DNA of 64,000 nucleotides from Fistulifera solaris (taxonomy: Eukaryota): positions 186,001-250,000 of the forward strand of contig AP026144.1 in NCBI GenBank assembly GCA_030295235.1, read 5' to 3'. The position numbers and the translations under genes were made by a program. Of this stretch, positions 12,548 to 26,135 are shown piece after piece. The first letter of the stretch is position 1, and every line of letters begins with the position of its first letter. A model generated the notes under the pieces. That model worked only from the letters and a program-made list of their open reading frames with translations. It was not told the origin of the DNA and made no database searches.

Positions 12548-13956
12548 GGTGAAATATCTTTTTTTTGAACAGAAAGTATGTCAATAGTTGTTAACAAATG
12601 GGTTTTGGTGGCAGGTAACGAGCGCTCTGTTATTCTTGTTTTCCTTGCATGTAGAGATGATGATGGTGAACGTGAAAACGGCCTGATAGTCACCGCACAC
12701 CGTACAGACTAGATGGAGACCCGGATGTTGTGTTACTTCGACCTTCGACCTACACAATCAGCAGGTCAGCAGAACAAGTACTTGGAAATGGGCTTTTGTT
12801 GAGCACTGCAACAATCACTAATATAGTTTCGTTGCTTTAATTGTTAGCAGCAATCGACATCAACTCGAGCGAAAACGTCGAATGACTAAAGGCAAGATGC
12901 AACGCTGCTTTAATGTCTACGTAAATATTGCGTGGGCGCCGTAGGGAAATTTCTGGTACCAGTACATTACATGGATGTTACTACTGGATGTTGTTGGAAA
13001 AGGTCTTGCCAGAATCGGACTCCCCGGGCTAGTAGTATCTGGTGTAACCGATACGTGGTATGAGTTGCATTATTTCGCCGTGGTGGACATCGCGTCGCAA
13101 CGTGCCTGTCTCGCGAGTGGTCTCCTCTCAGCTCCCAGTGCTGGTGATTGATATTTTGCACCATGGTGGTGCTGTTTCGATTCGCAACTCGGAAACCATT
13201 ACCATCGACAGCTGTCCTTCTATTCGCTTGGATGTGCCAGCGTCGTTTTGTCCGTCTGATAAATATCGAACAAGAGTGCACCACTTGCGACACTTCCTCC
13301 TACGATCCTTTCGATCTAGCTTGTTGTGGCCATTCTCGAATTCCCAACGGTTTCACCTCAGATTGAGAGGGCGTTGTGAAGCGAATCAAATCAACGTTCT
13401 CACTTGTGACCATGAAGAAAGGAAGATGCGGGCGAAATTGATTTGTTCATTGGAAACGGAGCAAATGAGGAAGCTGTCAAAACGGTCGTCGTTTTGTGAG
13501 ACAGAACGCGCATAACACGATATCTGCGTTTGTGGAGAGCATACAAAGTGGTAACTTACAAAATAATTGCGTTGATTAGTATTCTGGCTGTTTGCATATT
13601 TGTACGGACACAGCGTCCCTTGCGATCGTTTTGTTGTTGTGATGGTCGATTTGTCGTCCGCGGATAGGGGGGAAATAATTGCGTCTAGTAGAAAATCTAC
13701 GGAGAGCTACCAGGTATAGGCAAAAATTAATTGTGACCATGGAGTAGTGAGCCTACAGAAAAATTCGGCTATAATTAGTACTACGGTAATAAGGTTAGGA
13801 TTATTGATGAACCTTTTGTTCGCAGAAACTTATTTCTGTATTACTCCGGAGTACTACGTATTATTTTGCGGCTTTATTTTGGTGATACATCAATACATCG
13901 AAGCGTTAGATGGGAATGAATCATGATCATCATTGAATAACATTACTTCACATGCA

Positions 13957-15010
13957 ATGATAACCGTTGCTGAAGAAGCACGATCTAACGAGAGTTTTCA
14001 AATCGAACGAGATGAACCATCCTTCGGTGACACGAGCCGATGGGTGCAGCTACGGTATCTCGGGCTCTCAATGGTCGTATTGGCTTTGACGATCACGTGC
14101 CCTGGGGACACTGTGCTCATAGATCAGCCCTATCGGCTATGGATACTACTAATATTTTATATTGGGACACTGGTGAGCTTTCGATTGTTACATGGGAGTG
14201 ATCCTGGTTATTTATCAGCTGAGCTCATGGTGGGGCTTGACGACCATGACGACGAAGTTATTTCCTTAATAGAGATGGAAAGACTGCAGGAGTTTGATCG
14301 GGTACATCAACAAGACTCAAACGAAAATATTTTAAGGCGAGCAAGTCACAATAACGATGACAACGACGACGATGATGATTCGTATTACAAGGGAACCAGG
14401 CGGAAAGTATGTCCAATGTGTCATTTTGCTCCGCCTTTGCGAGCCCACCATTGCAAAAAATGCAACCGCTGCGTCGCGACATTCGATCATCACTGCGAGT
14501 TTGTCGGTACTTGCATCGGTGAGAGGAATCATTGTCGCTTTTGGTGGTTTTTAATGTTGCAGACAACTACGTTTCATCTCTGCTGCAATATTGTCGGTTC
14601 GTCACGCTGGGGAGTTTCGTCGCTCTTATGGAGTACCCCGCAAGGCAGTAACATGGATATTGCTCGAGTTGTAGCGGCAAAATTCTATATCTATCCTTTA
14701 TTTCTGGTTTCGCTTATTCTCCTGGCCATTCACAGTCTTTTTTGGCTTGACCAATTCGACAACCTTCGAGTGTACCAAATCGGAACGCTTGGAATATCTC
14801 AAAGGTGCGAATCAGTCGCTGATGGACCTTCCATTTAGCGGTAGATCGGTAGGCACGAATTTGCAAACCTTCTGCTGTCTGCGGGATGATGGTGTTACAC
14901 GGAAAGATAATTGGAAACCGATTCTCTGGAAGCCACCCGGGAAGATTGTACGTGATAGTGCAGACTGGTGGAATCATCCGCTGCAAAACAAGTATTGGAG
15001 TTGTTGTTAG
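13957..15010 (+). CDS. DHHC palmitoyl acyltransferase, one frameshift
   Basis: SDPG, CPMC...[19 protein letters not shown]...CIGERNH. An extra T in the T6 run at 14738-14743 shifts into TNSTTFE...PF...KYWSCC. Confidence 0.92.
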
Positions 15011-15147
15011 GAGGCTAGGATGTCCTTTTGCGCTTGTTATTGGCTTCGCTGAATTTCATGCCTTTACATCAGGTCTCTTTCAAACGGCTCCTCTCAAAAT
15101 TGGTTCCACTGATAGATCAACAAATGCGACTAGCCGCCTGTTGAATG

Positions 15148-16844
15148 TCATAGCTTGCTCCGAATAGGAACCGGTTGTGCCGAGAATCTGGTGCGGTCGT
15201 CGCTGGAGGAAAAATACGAGTCGACTTGACAATTGTATGGTCGGCGCCGAGAAAAGGCGTCGAATGCCGCGCCTATGAAATCAGTAGTTGCTTCATCCGC
15301 CCAACTCGAACTTTGACCAGGAATTGCTTGTTGCCATCCAAGATGGCCTCCGCACTTTGTTTCCATGACTAGAACATTGGGATTGGAAATACTGTAAACT
15401 AATTTTGATTTGAAAGTATTGTAGATCAAAAGTCATCTTCCGCGACCAGCTGTAGAAATGGAACCGATATAAAGCGCGCCAAACGGAACGAGCTCGCGTC
15501 GTTCCTTAATGATTTTGCATCTTTCGTCAATTCAAGTGAGCAGATAAAATTATCGTGAAATAACATGAACAATACGAAAATCATACCTTTATACCCCACG
15601 CGAAAAGCAAATGGGTGCACTGGTTCATTTCGCGCCATTACGGGAGCCACTGCATAGAAAAATGTTGAGTAGGTGGATGCAGCCGTGTTTACTTTCTGAA
15701 GAAGCAAATACTTACTAGCTTCGTCGAATTCGAGTAAAGTCAGAGCTCTTATTGCACGACGAACACAACTTTTGAAATAGGGCTCGTTGTTTTTACTTAG
15801 AGACGCCCAGTTTTCAAGCAGTACTTTCTTTTGTCCAAGCGCTAAAACGGGCGACATGATAAGGTCCGTATTCGCTGCTTGCATCCACATTGGGTTCCCC
15901 AGCGCTGCTCCGCCAGCCACACAACTCGGCAGCGTTCCGCAGAGACCTTCCTCTCCTAGATATTTGCACACAATGTTGGCGCTCAAGGAATTTCCTACCA
16001 AAAACATAGGCGTGTGTGGTGCTAGCCGAGCCGATAATCGTTGTACCACACAACGAAGATCAGCTGTATAGGCGCCGCTATAAGTGCGAGGAGTTCTGAG
16101 AGCGACGCCTCCACACCCACGCATGTTGACACCCGCAGCGATCCAGTCTCGTTTGCAACAGGCTCGTTTCATGGAGCGAACATATCCATAGTTGGAGTGA
16201 TTGTTCATGCCGTGCATTACCAACACAATCGGTTGCGAAATGGGTCCGTGCCGAATAGTTTCAATCAAACAGTCTCTATCACCGCAATCAGCAGTATCTT
16301 TCACCGGTAATTCCCAGTCAATTGCCACAGTTGCGCCATCTATAGTCATTTGCACAATTTCTCGAAATTCGACATATTCGGTAGTCGGACCACGAAATAA
16401 ATATGAGGCTGTACTGGCTACTGCTGCTCGTGTCCCTATGAATAGTTTAGGTCGAAAGGGTTTGTGTAAAAGCGAGTCGTGTGATGTCGCCAGTTGATGG
16501 TAAATGTCTTTCAAAGGTCCATCGGCAATTTGGCCGTAGACTCGGGGGGCGCGAGAAAGTTGTGTCTGCAGATGGACTTCATAACCCAGCAGGATCGCTC
16601 CCAAACTGGATAGAAGCGCAGTCCATCCATTCCTTGTTTGCGGTAAATTTTCTTGCAACAGGGAAGTCGTACGATGCACAATAGCTTCAAGCTTATGTGA
16701 AGAGCACGTTGTCGTCGTCGTCGGCTGAATCATCGTCTCCTCCTCATGCTCCTCGTCATCGCTGCTACTTTCATTTGTGGTGCCTTTTTCTCCACTGCGA
16801 GACTTCTTAACTTTCTTCCAGGAGCATTCGTGCGAAACATCCAT
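15148..16844 (-). CDS. Alpha/beta hydrolase, ABHD1-3/YheT-like (two probable introns, one frameshift)
   Basis: DGATVAIDW, HGMNNHS, NMRGCGG, nucleophile elbow GNSLSA, acid AEDD, His GGHLGW. Short in-frame intron-like stretches near 15650-15715 and 15525-15587. Confidence 0.85.
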
Positions 16845-17255
16845 GATCTATACAAATATGCAAACCCAGAATATAGGCGAAGACAACAATTGACAGCGCA
16901 TTTTTTCGAATAATGTTACCGATACAGGGAAACCCGGATGTGGAGTTGCAGATCGAAATAATAACAATCTCGATCACGCCATTATTTTTTCATGCGTATT
17001 GTGAACCAATTCCATCGCCGCTTTTTCCTACATGAAAATTGCGTGCCATGAAACGCCAACTGACTTAAAAATGACATCCCGACGTCAAAAGAACGAAAGA
17101 TGCGATGCTTTGAATGTCTACGGCGATATCACGTAGCTCAAGGAGTGAAATTTTTGTTGACCTAACTAACATGGCATCATCAGTATCCCCAACATGTAGC
17201 AATGGTACCAAGGAACGGAACTTGTACATTTTGAAAGATTACAAGTGGACTACCT

Positions 17256-20015
17256 CTATAACCAATTTATTTTGGTCGTGTGCGGCAAAGTCGCCGCCCA
17301 CCCGGGCAGATCCACTGATAAATCCAAGTCTTGCAACACCATAGGCTCATCGTAACTACTTTTCCTTTCCAAAATGGACAGTTTGTATTTCCAAGCATGC
17401 AACTGAATGCTGTGTCCCCCTTGCAGTAATTGTGCTGGTGTGAATGCACTTTTCATATCCCGACAAGCTGCACAGACCGACTTTGCCGCCTCGGCTTCCT
17501 TGACACCGATGGCATCATCTGCACTCTGTTCGACACGGAACTCATGTGCGCGCGACATGGCAGAGAGCACACGATCTACCGGGATGGGGAGAAAATGGTT
17601 TGCTACTTCCGTACTGCAAATCGCCGACAATGGCATGTCCTAGGGCATGCAAATGAACGCGCAATTGATGATTGCGTCCAGTGAGGGGACTACAGAGCAC
17701 CAGTGATGTGTCGTCACTTTCGTTGTAGTGCAGTAACTGAAAACGACTGACAGCCGGTTTCCCGTGAACGGCATCTATGATCCGAATACCGTTGGCAGGG
17801 TCGCTCGTATGAATGGGTGCCGAACATTCTAGAATGATGCTATCTTCAATATTCTCGACACTATTCGTTGGTCGCGCCACCAATTGGCACTGTATTACGC
17901 CTAAGCGTCGGCGCTGTTCTTCATGGTGTAAAAGCTGCTTTCCATCGAAACGGCCGTGTACCATGGCTATATACAACTTTCGCATTTGCTGTTGGTTCAC
18001 CTCGGAATGAAACCATCTCGCATGCGTTGGGTCTGGTGTACATAGCAATAATCCAGATGTAACCCGATCAATACGATGAAGTGGATGTATCAATACAGTC
18101 CTGTCGCTTGCAATCTGCCCTTGTAGTAACTGAACTAGAGCATTTTGGTTGTAAGGACCAGCAGGATGAACGGGTACAGTCGTTGGTTTGTTACAGACCC
18201 ATAACGTCGGGTCATTCAACCGGTAGTGCGAAACAACCGCTTCGGAGAGCGTCACTTTCTGTAGTGGAATGTCGCCTTCCGGTAATACAATAGGCGCTTC
18301 ATGCACATGAGAAATTCGTGACAATGAAGAATCGCTGGAGTGCAACAGACGATGCTCATTGACGATAGGTTCCGTCTCGTTGATCCGCAACAAGCCTAGC
18401 TTGATACACTCAGAAAGATATGGTGGGTTCCATTCTCGTTGTAATACCTGTAATGCAGATTGGCCTCGCCACGCCGGTTTGATGCGACACGACAAAGTGC
18501 GAATGACAGGTGGCGGAACACGCAAGTCACCTCGTCGATACGTGGTAGGTGGCCGTATCGTCTCACAAACATTTTTTCGGCAGATCGACACGTTTTTGCT
18601 CGTTTCATCGTATTGTTTTCCGATGTCGCTTTTAGTGTAGTGGGAGTCGACGACTCGTTTTCTCCAACCTTCCGCTTCTGCTCCAATCGCTGTTTCCGCT
18701 TCAAACTGTAAAATCCCCAACACTTTCCGGAACAATCGGTATCCCCACAATTTCGACAAACACTTGCCACGTCGTCTGGCGCAGCACCACGATATTTCTG
18801 CACACGATGTTGAATCTTTTGCATTTGCTTCCAAATGGTTTTCCTCTTTTGTTTGAATCTCTTTCCCACTTGCATAGTTTCGTACAAGGCTTGCAATTGA
18901 TGATATTGTTCCATCAATTGTGCTTCAGAAAAAGCGCGTCAAGTTGGAAAAGTAGCAATTTTGGAGATGCGCATGTGCATGGCAATGATACTCGGAATGC
19001 GCAATACGACATGAATCACAAATCAAGACGGGTTCTCGACACACGGTGCAGACGCAATCCATGGATTGGTCGTACGGAGCTTGACACAAACGGCATTGAC
19101 CCACTACTTCGTCATTGCCATCAAAGTGTTTCCGACCGTCGAAAACGAAGTTCTTGCCTTTCCATAGTGATGGAGCATCGGTTTCTTTCTCATCGCCTTT
19201 GGGAATCACAAAGGCTTCCAAGTATTTGTGAATTCCACCTTGCAAATGTTTGACATTTTGTACGGTCGGTACCGTCTGTCGGATAAACGCCGATGCCTTT
19301 TCACACCGCACACCACCGGTACAATACATGCGTACTTGTTTTCCTTCTAACTGGTGGGCATTCTTATGAACCCAGGGAATGAATTGTTGAAACGTGGTGG
19401 TTTGGGGATTAATGGCATGAACGAAATGACCGAGTTGATATTCCTTCTCGTTGCGACAATCAATCCAAACCGTATTATTGTGATCGGCTTGTAACAACTC
19501 CTGATGCCATTCTGTGGGTGAAATGTAACCTTTTCCCGTTTGCGAGAGAGAAATATTGCAAAAAACACCACCGGTATTGATTAGTTCTTTTGTTTTCCGT
19601 ATGAACAAATCGGGAAAAGAGAAGGTCGTCGTGCTGTACCTTCATCATTTTTTGCAGTCAAGTCCTGTATATTGACGTCAATGTCATCTTCTTTGACTTC
19701 AGAATGTTTAAAGTCTTCATATTTCATGCGCAACTCCGGACAGGGTGTATTTTTCCAATATTCTTGTACGGCTGTCAATCGCTTGTCATTTTCTTCACTG
19801 CATTTCGCCGCATCATCGCGCACGAGCGCCCGAATAAGTGCTTCTAACGATTCTTTTTGATGCGACGCCAAAGTACCGTTGATTCCCTCCGGTGCGACCA
19901 AAATCCGTCCTCGCAAATGCAAATGCGAACACAGTTGATGCAAGGCCTCTTGTAAGGCGTCGACCTGCTCATCAACAGGGTAATATTGATAGAACAGAAT
20001 GACGTATTGGGGCAT
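17256..20015 (-). CDS. Fusion: TrhO/UPF0176-type rhodanese + Cys-rich linker + RluA-family pseudouridine synthase (four frameshifts)
   Basis: LFYQY...LRGRILVAPEGINGTL; IDCRNEKEYQLGHF; YCTGGVRCEKAS; WKGKNFVFDGR and CxxC tail; NKP...VHPAGPY; HRIDRVTSG; PLTGRNHQLRVHL..LGHAIVGD; LHAWKY. Five ORFs abut or overlap with no intergenic gap. Confidence 0.8.
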
Positions 20016-20292
20016 CTTTTGCTGTGTTGTGTGAGTGTTTAAATAATGTTGCTTCTTTGTGCAATGGTATTACCTGGTAGTCTTCAATTTAAAGTGACAT
20101 TCATGGCATCGATTTGAAACCGTTTGTCGTTATTGCAGTGAAATAGGCTTTGGCTTTGGCTTTGGCGGCGTTTGCACTACACGCCTTAATATTTGTATGT
20201 CGAAGAGCCTTGCGAAACGTTGTCTGCGTATTTACTATAGATAATAGTGTTGACCGTTTTTCGCCACGACTGCACTTCAGTCATGAATACAT

Positions 20293-20727
20293 ATCTGGTT
20301 CGGTCCAGAAATTCTGGACCAGATAAATTTCATTCCTTCAGAAAATCTGAGCCGCTCCAGAAATTTCTTGACCAGCTCGAATTTCATTCGTACAGAAAAT
20401 CTGGTTCGTTCCAAAAATTCTTGACCAGTTGTATTTCATTCTTACAGAAAATCTGGGATGGTTTAGAAATTCTGGAACAGTTGTATTTCATTCATACAGA
20501 AATTCTGGATTAGCTAGATTTCAATTATACAGGAAATTTGGGCCGCAGGAATGAAATACAAATGGTCCAGAATATTTGAAATTATTGAGCGGTTTTTTTA
20601 CTAATATAATATTCTGGACCAAGTGTATTTCATTCAAACAAAAAATTATTTGCATTTTCTGGAGACGTGACCACACGTGTACGTAAAAAACAGCTCTCTC
20701 CCGAGTTTTCTGGACCCGTGATAACAC
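20293..20727. repeat. ~52-bp degenerate tandem array (about 4.5 units) with internal palindrome, followed by a 28-bp inverted repeat
   Basis: Units start at 20293, 20345, 20399, 20451 and 20503. GGTCCAGAA-A-TTCTGGACC at 20302-20320. Inverted repeat 20549-20576 / 20608-20635 (26/28). Confidence 0.85.
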
Positions 20728-21081
20728 GGCGCACCCAATTACTGAGAACTGTTATTCGGGTGAATTACTACCAGTGGTTTACTAACCACTAAGCTTATAT
20801 ATTATTCCTTATTTCCTAACGTCAGAATGTAATCTTGACATTCGACTGAATTTTCCATTTTTCATCTCATTTTTTCACATATATATTTCAGTCTGGTTAT
20901 GGTTTTTTTGTGTCGTGACTCGTGACAACAATTTTTTTTGTTTTCCTCGTCGCCGCTCTCGTGCCGCATTTCATGCTCTCGCAGCTCTCTTGTATTATAT
21001 TGGGTTCGACGGTTATAGCCTTCTTTCCTTTTCTGTTTTTGTCATTTCTTAGCTTCTTAATTGTAGCATCTTTCCATTATC

Positions 21082-21541
21082 ATGACGGCAGCAAGCAATT
21101 CTCACAGCCATTCAAGAAACGATCGAAACCTTCGCAATCCTGTAAGTTCGTTCGTTTGCAGTCATCTTTATAACGGATCATGTACTGCAATACGTCAACA
21201 AGAGCATACTCTCACCATATTCCTCATCTTACAAACGCACAGTCATCTCCTGAAGAAGGAGGAGTGGAATCATCACACCGTAACTTAACAGCAACTACTT
21301 CCGCAACAACCAATTATCATTATGCGAATAGTTCCGGAAAATTGTTACAATTCTTGCATTTAATGACGACCATGTTACGTTTACTGTTGTGGCCGGTACG
21401 GAAATTTATGACGCATTTGTTTGATTATTTACCATCCAATGATCCGTCTTTGGATGGCTTGTCACCGACCGTCACCGCCAAAGCCGCGCAACAATTTGTG
21501 CAACTCGTATCTTCCTTGACACCGGAAACACCACCACCACC

Positions 21542-21582
<41 letters not shown>

Positions 21583-22496
21583 TTTGGCAAACACTGGGAT
21601 TCACCGCACTGCAACAACAAGCAACACAAGAAGGAAAGTTGCTGTTGGTGTATTTGCATGCTCCGCTGCATCGACAAGCCAATCATGTATTGCAACAATT
21701 TGCTTCTCAAACGCATCTCTTGGGACCACCACAAACACTACCACCACCACCACAACAACAACAACAACAACTGGTACTGGCTCTAGGAGTCAGTGTTCAC
21801 ACCGCCTTGGGAACTCATTTGCAGCATTCACTCCAAGCCACGGCATTACCGGCCGTGTTTGTCTTGCAGCCGTCAACGACCGTCTCACGACCGATGCAAT
21901 TGTTGGTGCGAGTACAAGGACCGACGCTCGTACAGTACTGTCAATCCAGTCACACCATGGCACCGCTGCTCCAAATACTCCAATCGGCCGTCCAACGCCA
22001 CCAAACCGTCTTGGCGGAACAATTGGCACGACAATGGCAACGACAAGAAGAAATGACGTTGCGGCAACAACAAGACGAAGAATATCAAGCGGCCTTGCTC
22101 GCGGATCAAGAACGAGAACGACTGGCGCAAGAGGCGAAACGGAAACAGGAAGAACAGCTACAACGTGAACAAATGGCATTGCAAGAACAAGAAACGCGTT
22201 TGCAACAAGCCAAAGCACAGATTCGGCCGGAACCGGATGGTACGACACCGAGTGCGATGGTGCGTTTGGTATTGCCGTCGGGACAGAAGATTAATCGACG
22301 CTTTCATGCGGATGATACCATTGGCACAGTGCGATCCTTCTTGATGGTTTATTTTCATGAAAACGAGATTCCGATTCAAAATGTGCGTTTATCGACGAAT
22401 TTTCCGAAACAGCATTACGATGATGATGCGGTGTGTTTGCAAGAGGGTGGATTGGTCCCACAGGCTGTTTTGATGGTGCAAGATTTGGATGCGTAG
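21082..22496 (+). CDS. UBX-domain protein, FAF2/Ubx2-like p97 cofactor; join(21082..21141,21243..22496)
   Basis: GTAAGT...CACAG intron in frame. UAS-like GKLLLVYLHAP, coiled coil LRQQQDEEYQAALLADQE, UBX RLVLPSG.KINRRF...TNFPK. Confidence 0.9.
21543..21581 (+). repeat. (CAA)13 microsatellite encoding polyQ
   Basis: Perfect CAA run inside the UBX gene; a shorter (CCA)n(CAA)n copy lies near 21741-21770. Confidence 0.95.
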
Positions 22497-22750
22497 GGAA
22501 GAAAAATTAAAAGTAAAAAATAGAATAAGGAATGAATGAATGAATGAATCAATAACTATGATTGGTTTCGTGATAATCATTATTTGGTTTCATCCGGGTC
22601 AATCGCTGGGTACCGATAATCAAACTATCATTTAAAGCATCAGCGGAAGCGAAAAGTTACATAGTGTGTGTTATTAATTACCCTCCTCTTTACTCTGGTA
22701 ACCCAAAGGGATGAACAGTCACACGCCCTACCACAACAAAGAATTTCAAT

Positions 22751-23729
22751 TTACTCCATTTGCGACGGATCTTGTCCCTCTCCTCCTTCGTTCGCCTTCT
22801 TCTCCAAACGCAGACACGTTCCATCTTCGTAAATACCCAATGCCCGACACCCGTCAGCCCAGTATTGCTTCCCACCACTCGCATTGTCACGACGCACCCG
22901 CAGTTTTCGGAGTTCCATTTTGATTTGCGTCGGAATGTGTTGACAGGCTTGACACAAATGACTCCCCGCCATGTTCTGCGCGGCTTGGTAGACACCAAAC
23001 AGCTTGGCGGGATAGTACACGGCCCCGCGTCCACGCGTCCGCAAGGGATAGGCCGCACAATGGCGACAACGGAGACCGACTTGTCCCAAGACGACGGGTT
23101 TTTTGCGTCCCTGCGTGTTGGATTCGACATCTTCTTGCGTGGCTTCAAAGACTTCCAATTGTCGACGCACCAGTATTTGGTACTCGGACAACTGTTCGGT
23201 ATCACAGGACATGCTCAAGACGATGCCCGCCGATCGGGGTTTGGTGGGTCGACCCTGCGGTGCTCCGTACATGGGCATAAAGCCCGGATATCCGTACGGT
23301 GGCATCATCATGTGTGGAGGAGGAGGGAACATTCCCGGGGGGAACGGAGACCCGTAATCTCCACTTTTTGTTTCGTCGGTCTTTTCTTCACTTTGTCGTT
23401 GTTTCTTGCTGCGGGGCGGCAACGGCATCGGAGCATTCTGATATCCGGGGGAAACTGCCCGGAGGCATTCCCATGTACGCCATCGGATGATACGGCGGTG
23501 GCATGGGAGGATATCCCGGGTAGTTGTAGTTGGGATACTGCGACAGGTTGTTGTTTCCCGTACTGTTGGGTGTCGATTCATCTTCTCCTTTGCGCTTGGC
23601 GGCAGGAGTGGATGCACCATCGTTGTTACTATCATTATTATGATTAATTGTTATTAGAGCTCCTCCTCCTCCTCTTTCTTCCTCTTCCTCGACTTCTTCT
23701 TCTTCTTCTTTGGTTTGTTTACCCGCCAT
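22751..23729 (-). CDS. Diatom-type Cys/His domain protein with Pro/Met-rich N-terminus (putative transcription regulator), one frameshift
   Basis: LSEYQILVRRQLEVFEA...GQVGLRCRHC...AVYYP...AAQNM...HL..C..IP, a motif I recall as expanded in diatoms. ORFs 23388..23729 and 22751..23635 overlap. Confidence 0.7.
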
Positions 23730-24545
23730 TTTGGAATCATCATCTATTGTTGACGCAAAAAGTGAGCGTTATTGTTCCTTTTCTCAAATTGGAAAGCCTG
23801 CGCGCATTGTCGTTCGCATGATGCGTACAATAAACGTACCTTCCCGGGTGACTTGGGCTTCTTCTTTCGACATGATGTCTTTCCTTATTTATCCGACACG
23901 AATTTTTGCGTATTTTCAATCTCGAAATGCCGATCCCTTCCGATGCAATCAAGAGAGGACCTCACAAAACTCACGCACCAAAAGAGAGATTGAATGAAGA
24001 GAGAGGACGGTTTTTATGGATGATGGTGCGAACGTTGGCTGGTGTCGTAAAACGCAGCAAGAAGTTCCCCACTTGCGAAGAGAACGGAGAGGATGTTTTT
24101 GGCGGCGATTTTAGTATGATATCAAGTGTAATATGTAATTTTACCTATGCCATAGTATTATAAAAATTTGCAATTCCCTACCCGCTAAATACATTTAATC
24201 AACGGCTTGATATTTCCGTTGATTTCACTTAAAAGTTTAAATGGCAAAACTCCATTCGGGACGTGGGACAAAGACAATGCTTCCATGAATGAACCGAGAA
24301 ATCGGTCCCGCACTGGAGCAAGGTACGTACGACGTACCGTTCGGGAGCGCATTATTTTTTTGTTGTTAAAAATTGATAACGATCCTCCGCCAAATACGGG
24401 TACAGTAGGACCATCAAGAAAGACAAAACATCCAACATTGAGAGCATAGAGATCCTTATGTTTCTTGGTAGTGCTTTAGAACAACAATAATTCACAGGGA
24501 CGCTACTCGTACGTGTGTGAAGCCATCGACGGCAAGCCAGATACG

Positions 24546-26135
24546 ATGGACGAATTCGAACGAGATACGCGAAGAAGAAGTAGGAGAGTTTTTGTCAAGG
24601 ATTCGCGCCCTTTTGATCGTTTCTCGTCACCAATGCGTAGCAGACGAAAACGAAAATCAATACACCTTTCTTTGCTCTTGCTGTGCTTGTGGGGACTCAT
24701 TCTCTGCTTTCCGTCAGCGTACGCATTCTCTTCTTCTCTATCGAAAACTACTACTATAGATACAAAAAGAATGTCTTGTCATCCCCGGACGCACCGCCAG
24801 TTGCATTCGTCGCAAACACTCGACGATTCGGAACCGGACAAGTTAAAAACATGGCAATCTACACTCTCCACTGGGTCGCAGCGAGTTCTAACAACTATAC
24901 ACTCATCGCCATGGTTGCAACTGATCACCGTCTTTGTAGGCTACACATTCCATCTGGTGTATTTAACACAACGACAATTCATTTTTCCGATACAATGGTG
25001 GGCTTCCCCGGGAAAAGAATGGAGAGCCTATCGATATTTTGTGGGGATAGGCTACGATTCGCTAGCGGGTATTATCGCAATGATGTTCTACTACCAAAAA
25101 TTTCGTTCACACAACCAGCAACCACCACCGGTGCTAGTGCCCCGGACGATGCCGTGGAAATTCCCTCCAGCACCTCCGTTGAAGACCCAGGCTGCTACCA
25201 ATTTAGTCGAAGCGATCCGGAATCAATATTCGTGGTCTCATGTCGTACACCGTGCCACGTTCCTCTTGACTACCATCTGTCTCATTACCGCGTATTTCGC
25301 GACGGGACGGTTCAGTCTTTTCTGGCAAGATCTATTGTATGAACTGTCCGCCAAGGGGTTTCCTTTGACAACTCCGCAGTTCCGCGCGTGGTCGGTCTTG
25401 TTGGGACATTTGTCGTGGGTCGGGGTGGGTTCCGCCTTGTTGTTTCTCTTTCCCTTTGCTCCCCGGTTCTTTCGACCAGCGCATCCACGCGAACGGGCGT
25501 CTTGGAACAGCGAACAATTGTCCAAAAAACCTTGGCACTGGTTCCGATTTCAGTTTCGTAAACCCCCAAACGGTCAATCCGTGTGGGTTTGGTGGTAAGT
25601 ACCCATGAATCGTTTCATTCGCGGTGTTGTTTTAGCTTAATGGAGTGACTGACTTGATTTGTTGCATCCGTTTCGTGAAACAAGGGTCTTGGGTGGCTAT
25701 TGTGTCAGTTGTTGGTTATTCAATCTAGCGGATTGGGCCAATCACTTTTTGTTACCCGACGCCGTTTTGCAGTTGTCCAATGAATCTGTCGTGTCGCAAC
25801 TGGTGGCACCCGAGTTCAACGACCGAACCGCGTCGTTGATAGGCTATATTGCGCCCTGTTTATCGGCCCCTCTGTGGGAGGAACTGCTGTACCGTGGCTT
25901 CTTGTTACCTGGATTGTGGAGTTGCTTGTTTCGACATAATTTTAGCTTGGCCGCTCTCGTGCAGGCAGTGGTCTTTTCAGCGCATCACATGTCTCTTGTC
26001 GCTGCATTGCCGTTGGCTGTGCTCGGATATGCGTGGGCTGTTTTGTACGGGCTTAGTGGAAATCTTTGGACGGTGTGTCTCGTGCACGCACTTTGGAATT
26101 CCAGGGTCTTTTTGACGGGTTGGTTGGGTCTGTGA
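24546..26135 (+). CDS. CPBP/Abi (CAAX prenyl protease 2-like) intramembrane metalloprotease; join(24546..25594,25685..26135)
   Basis: APLWEELLYRG, FSAHH and HALWN motifs; GTAAGT donor at 25595 and AAG acceptor at 25684 restore the frame; multiple TM segments. Confidence 0.88.

Noticed and set aside
12967..13515. Overlapping 70-150 aa ORFs on both strands
   Set aside because: No motif or convincing gene structure; left unannotated.
18925..18933. Programmed ribosomal frameshift between the rhodanese and pseudouridine synthase halves
   Set aside because: Identical one-base homopolymer excesses occur in many unrelated genes here, so assembly error is the simpler explanation.
20293..20540. Palindromic periodic repeats as a CRISPR array
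   Set aside because: Whole units are homologous with no unique spacers, there are no cas genes, and the context is eukaryotic.
22760..23647. 295-aa plus-strand ORF
   Set aside because: Antisense shadow of the minus-strand gene that carries the conserved motif; no recognisable features of its own.
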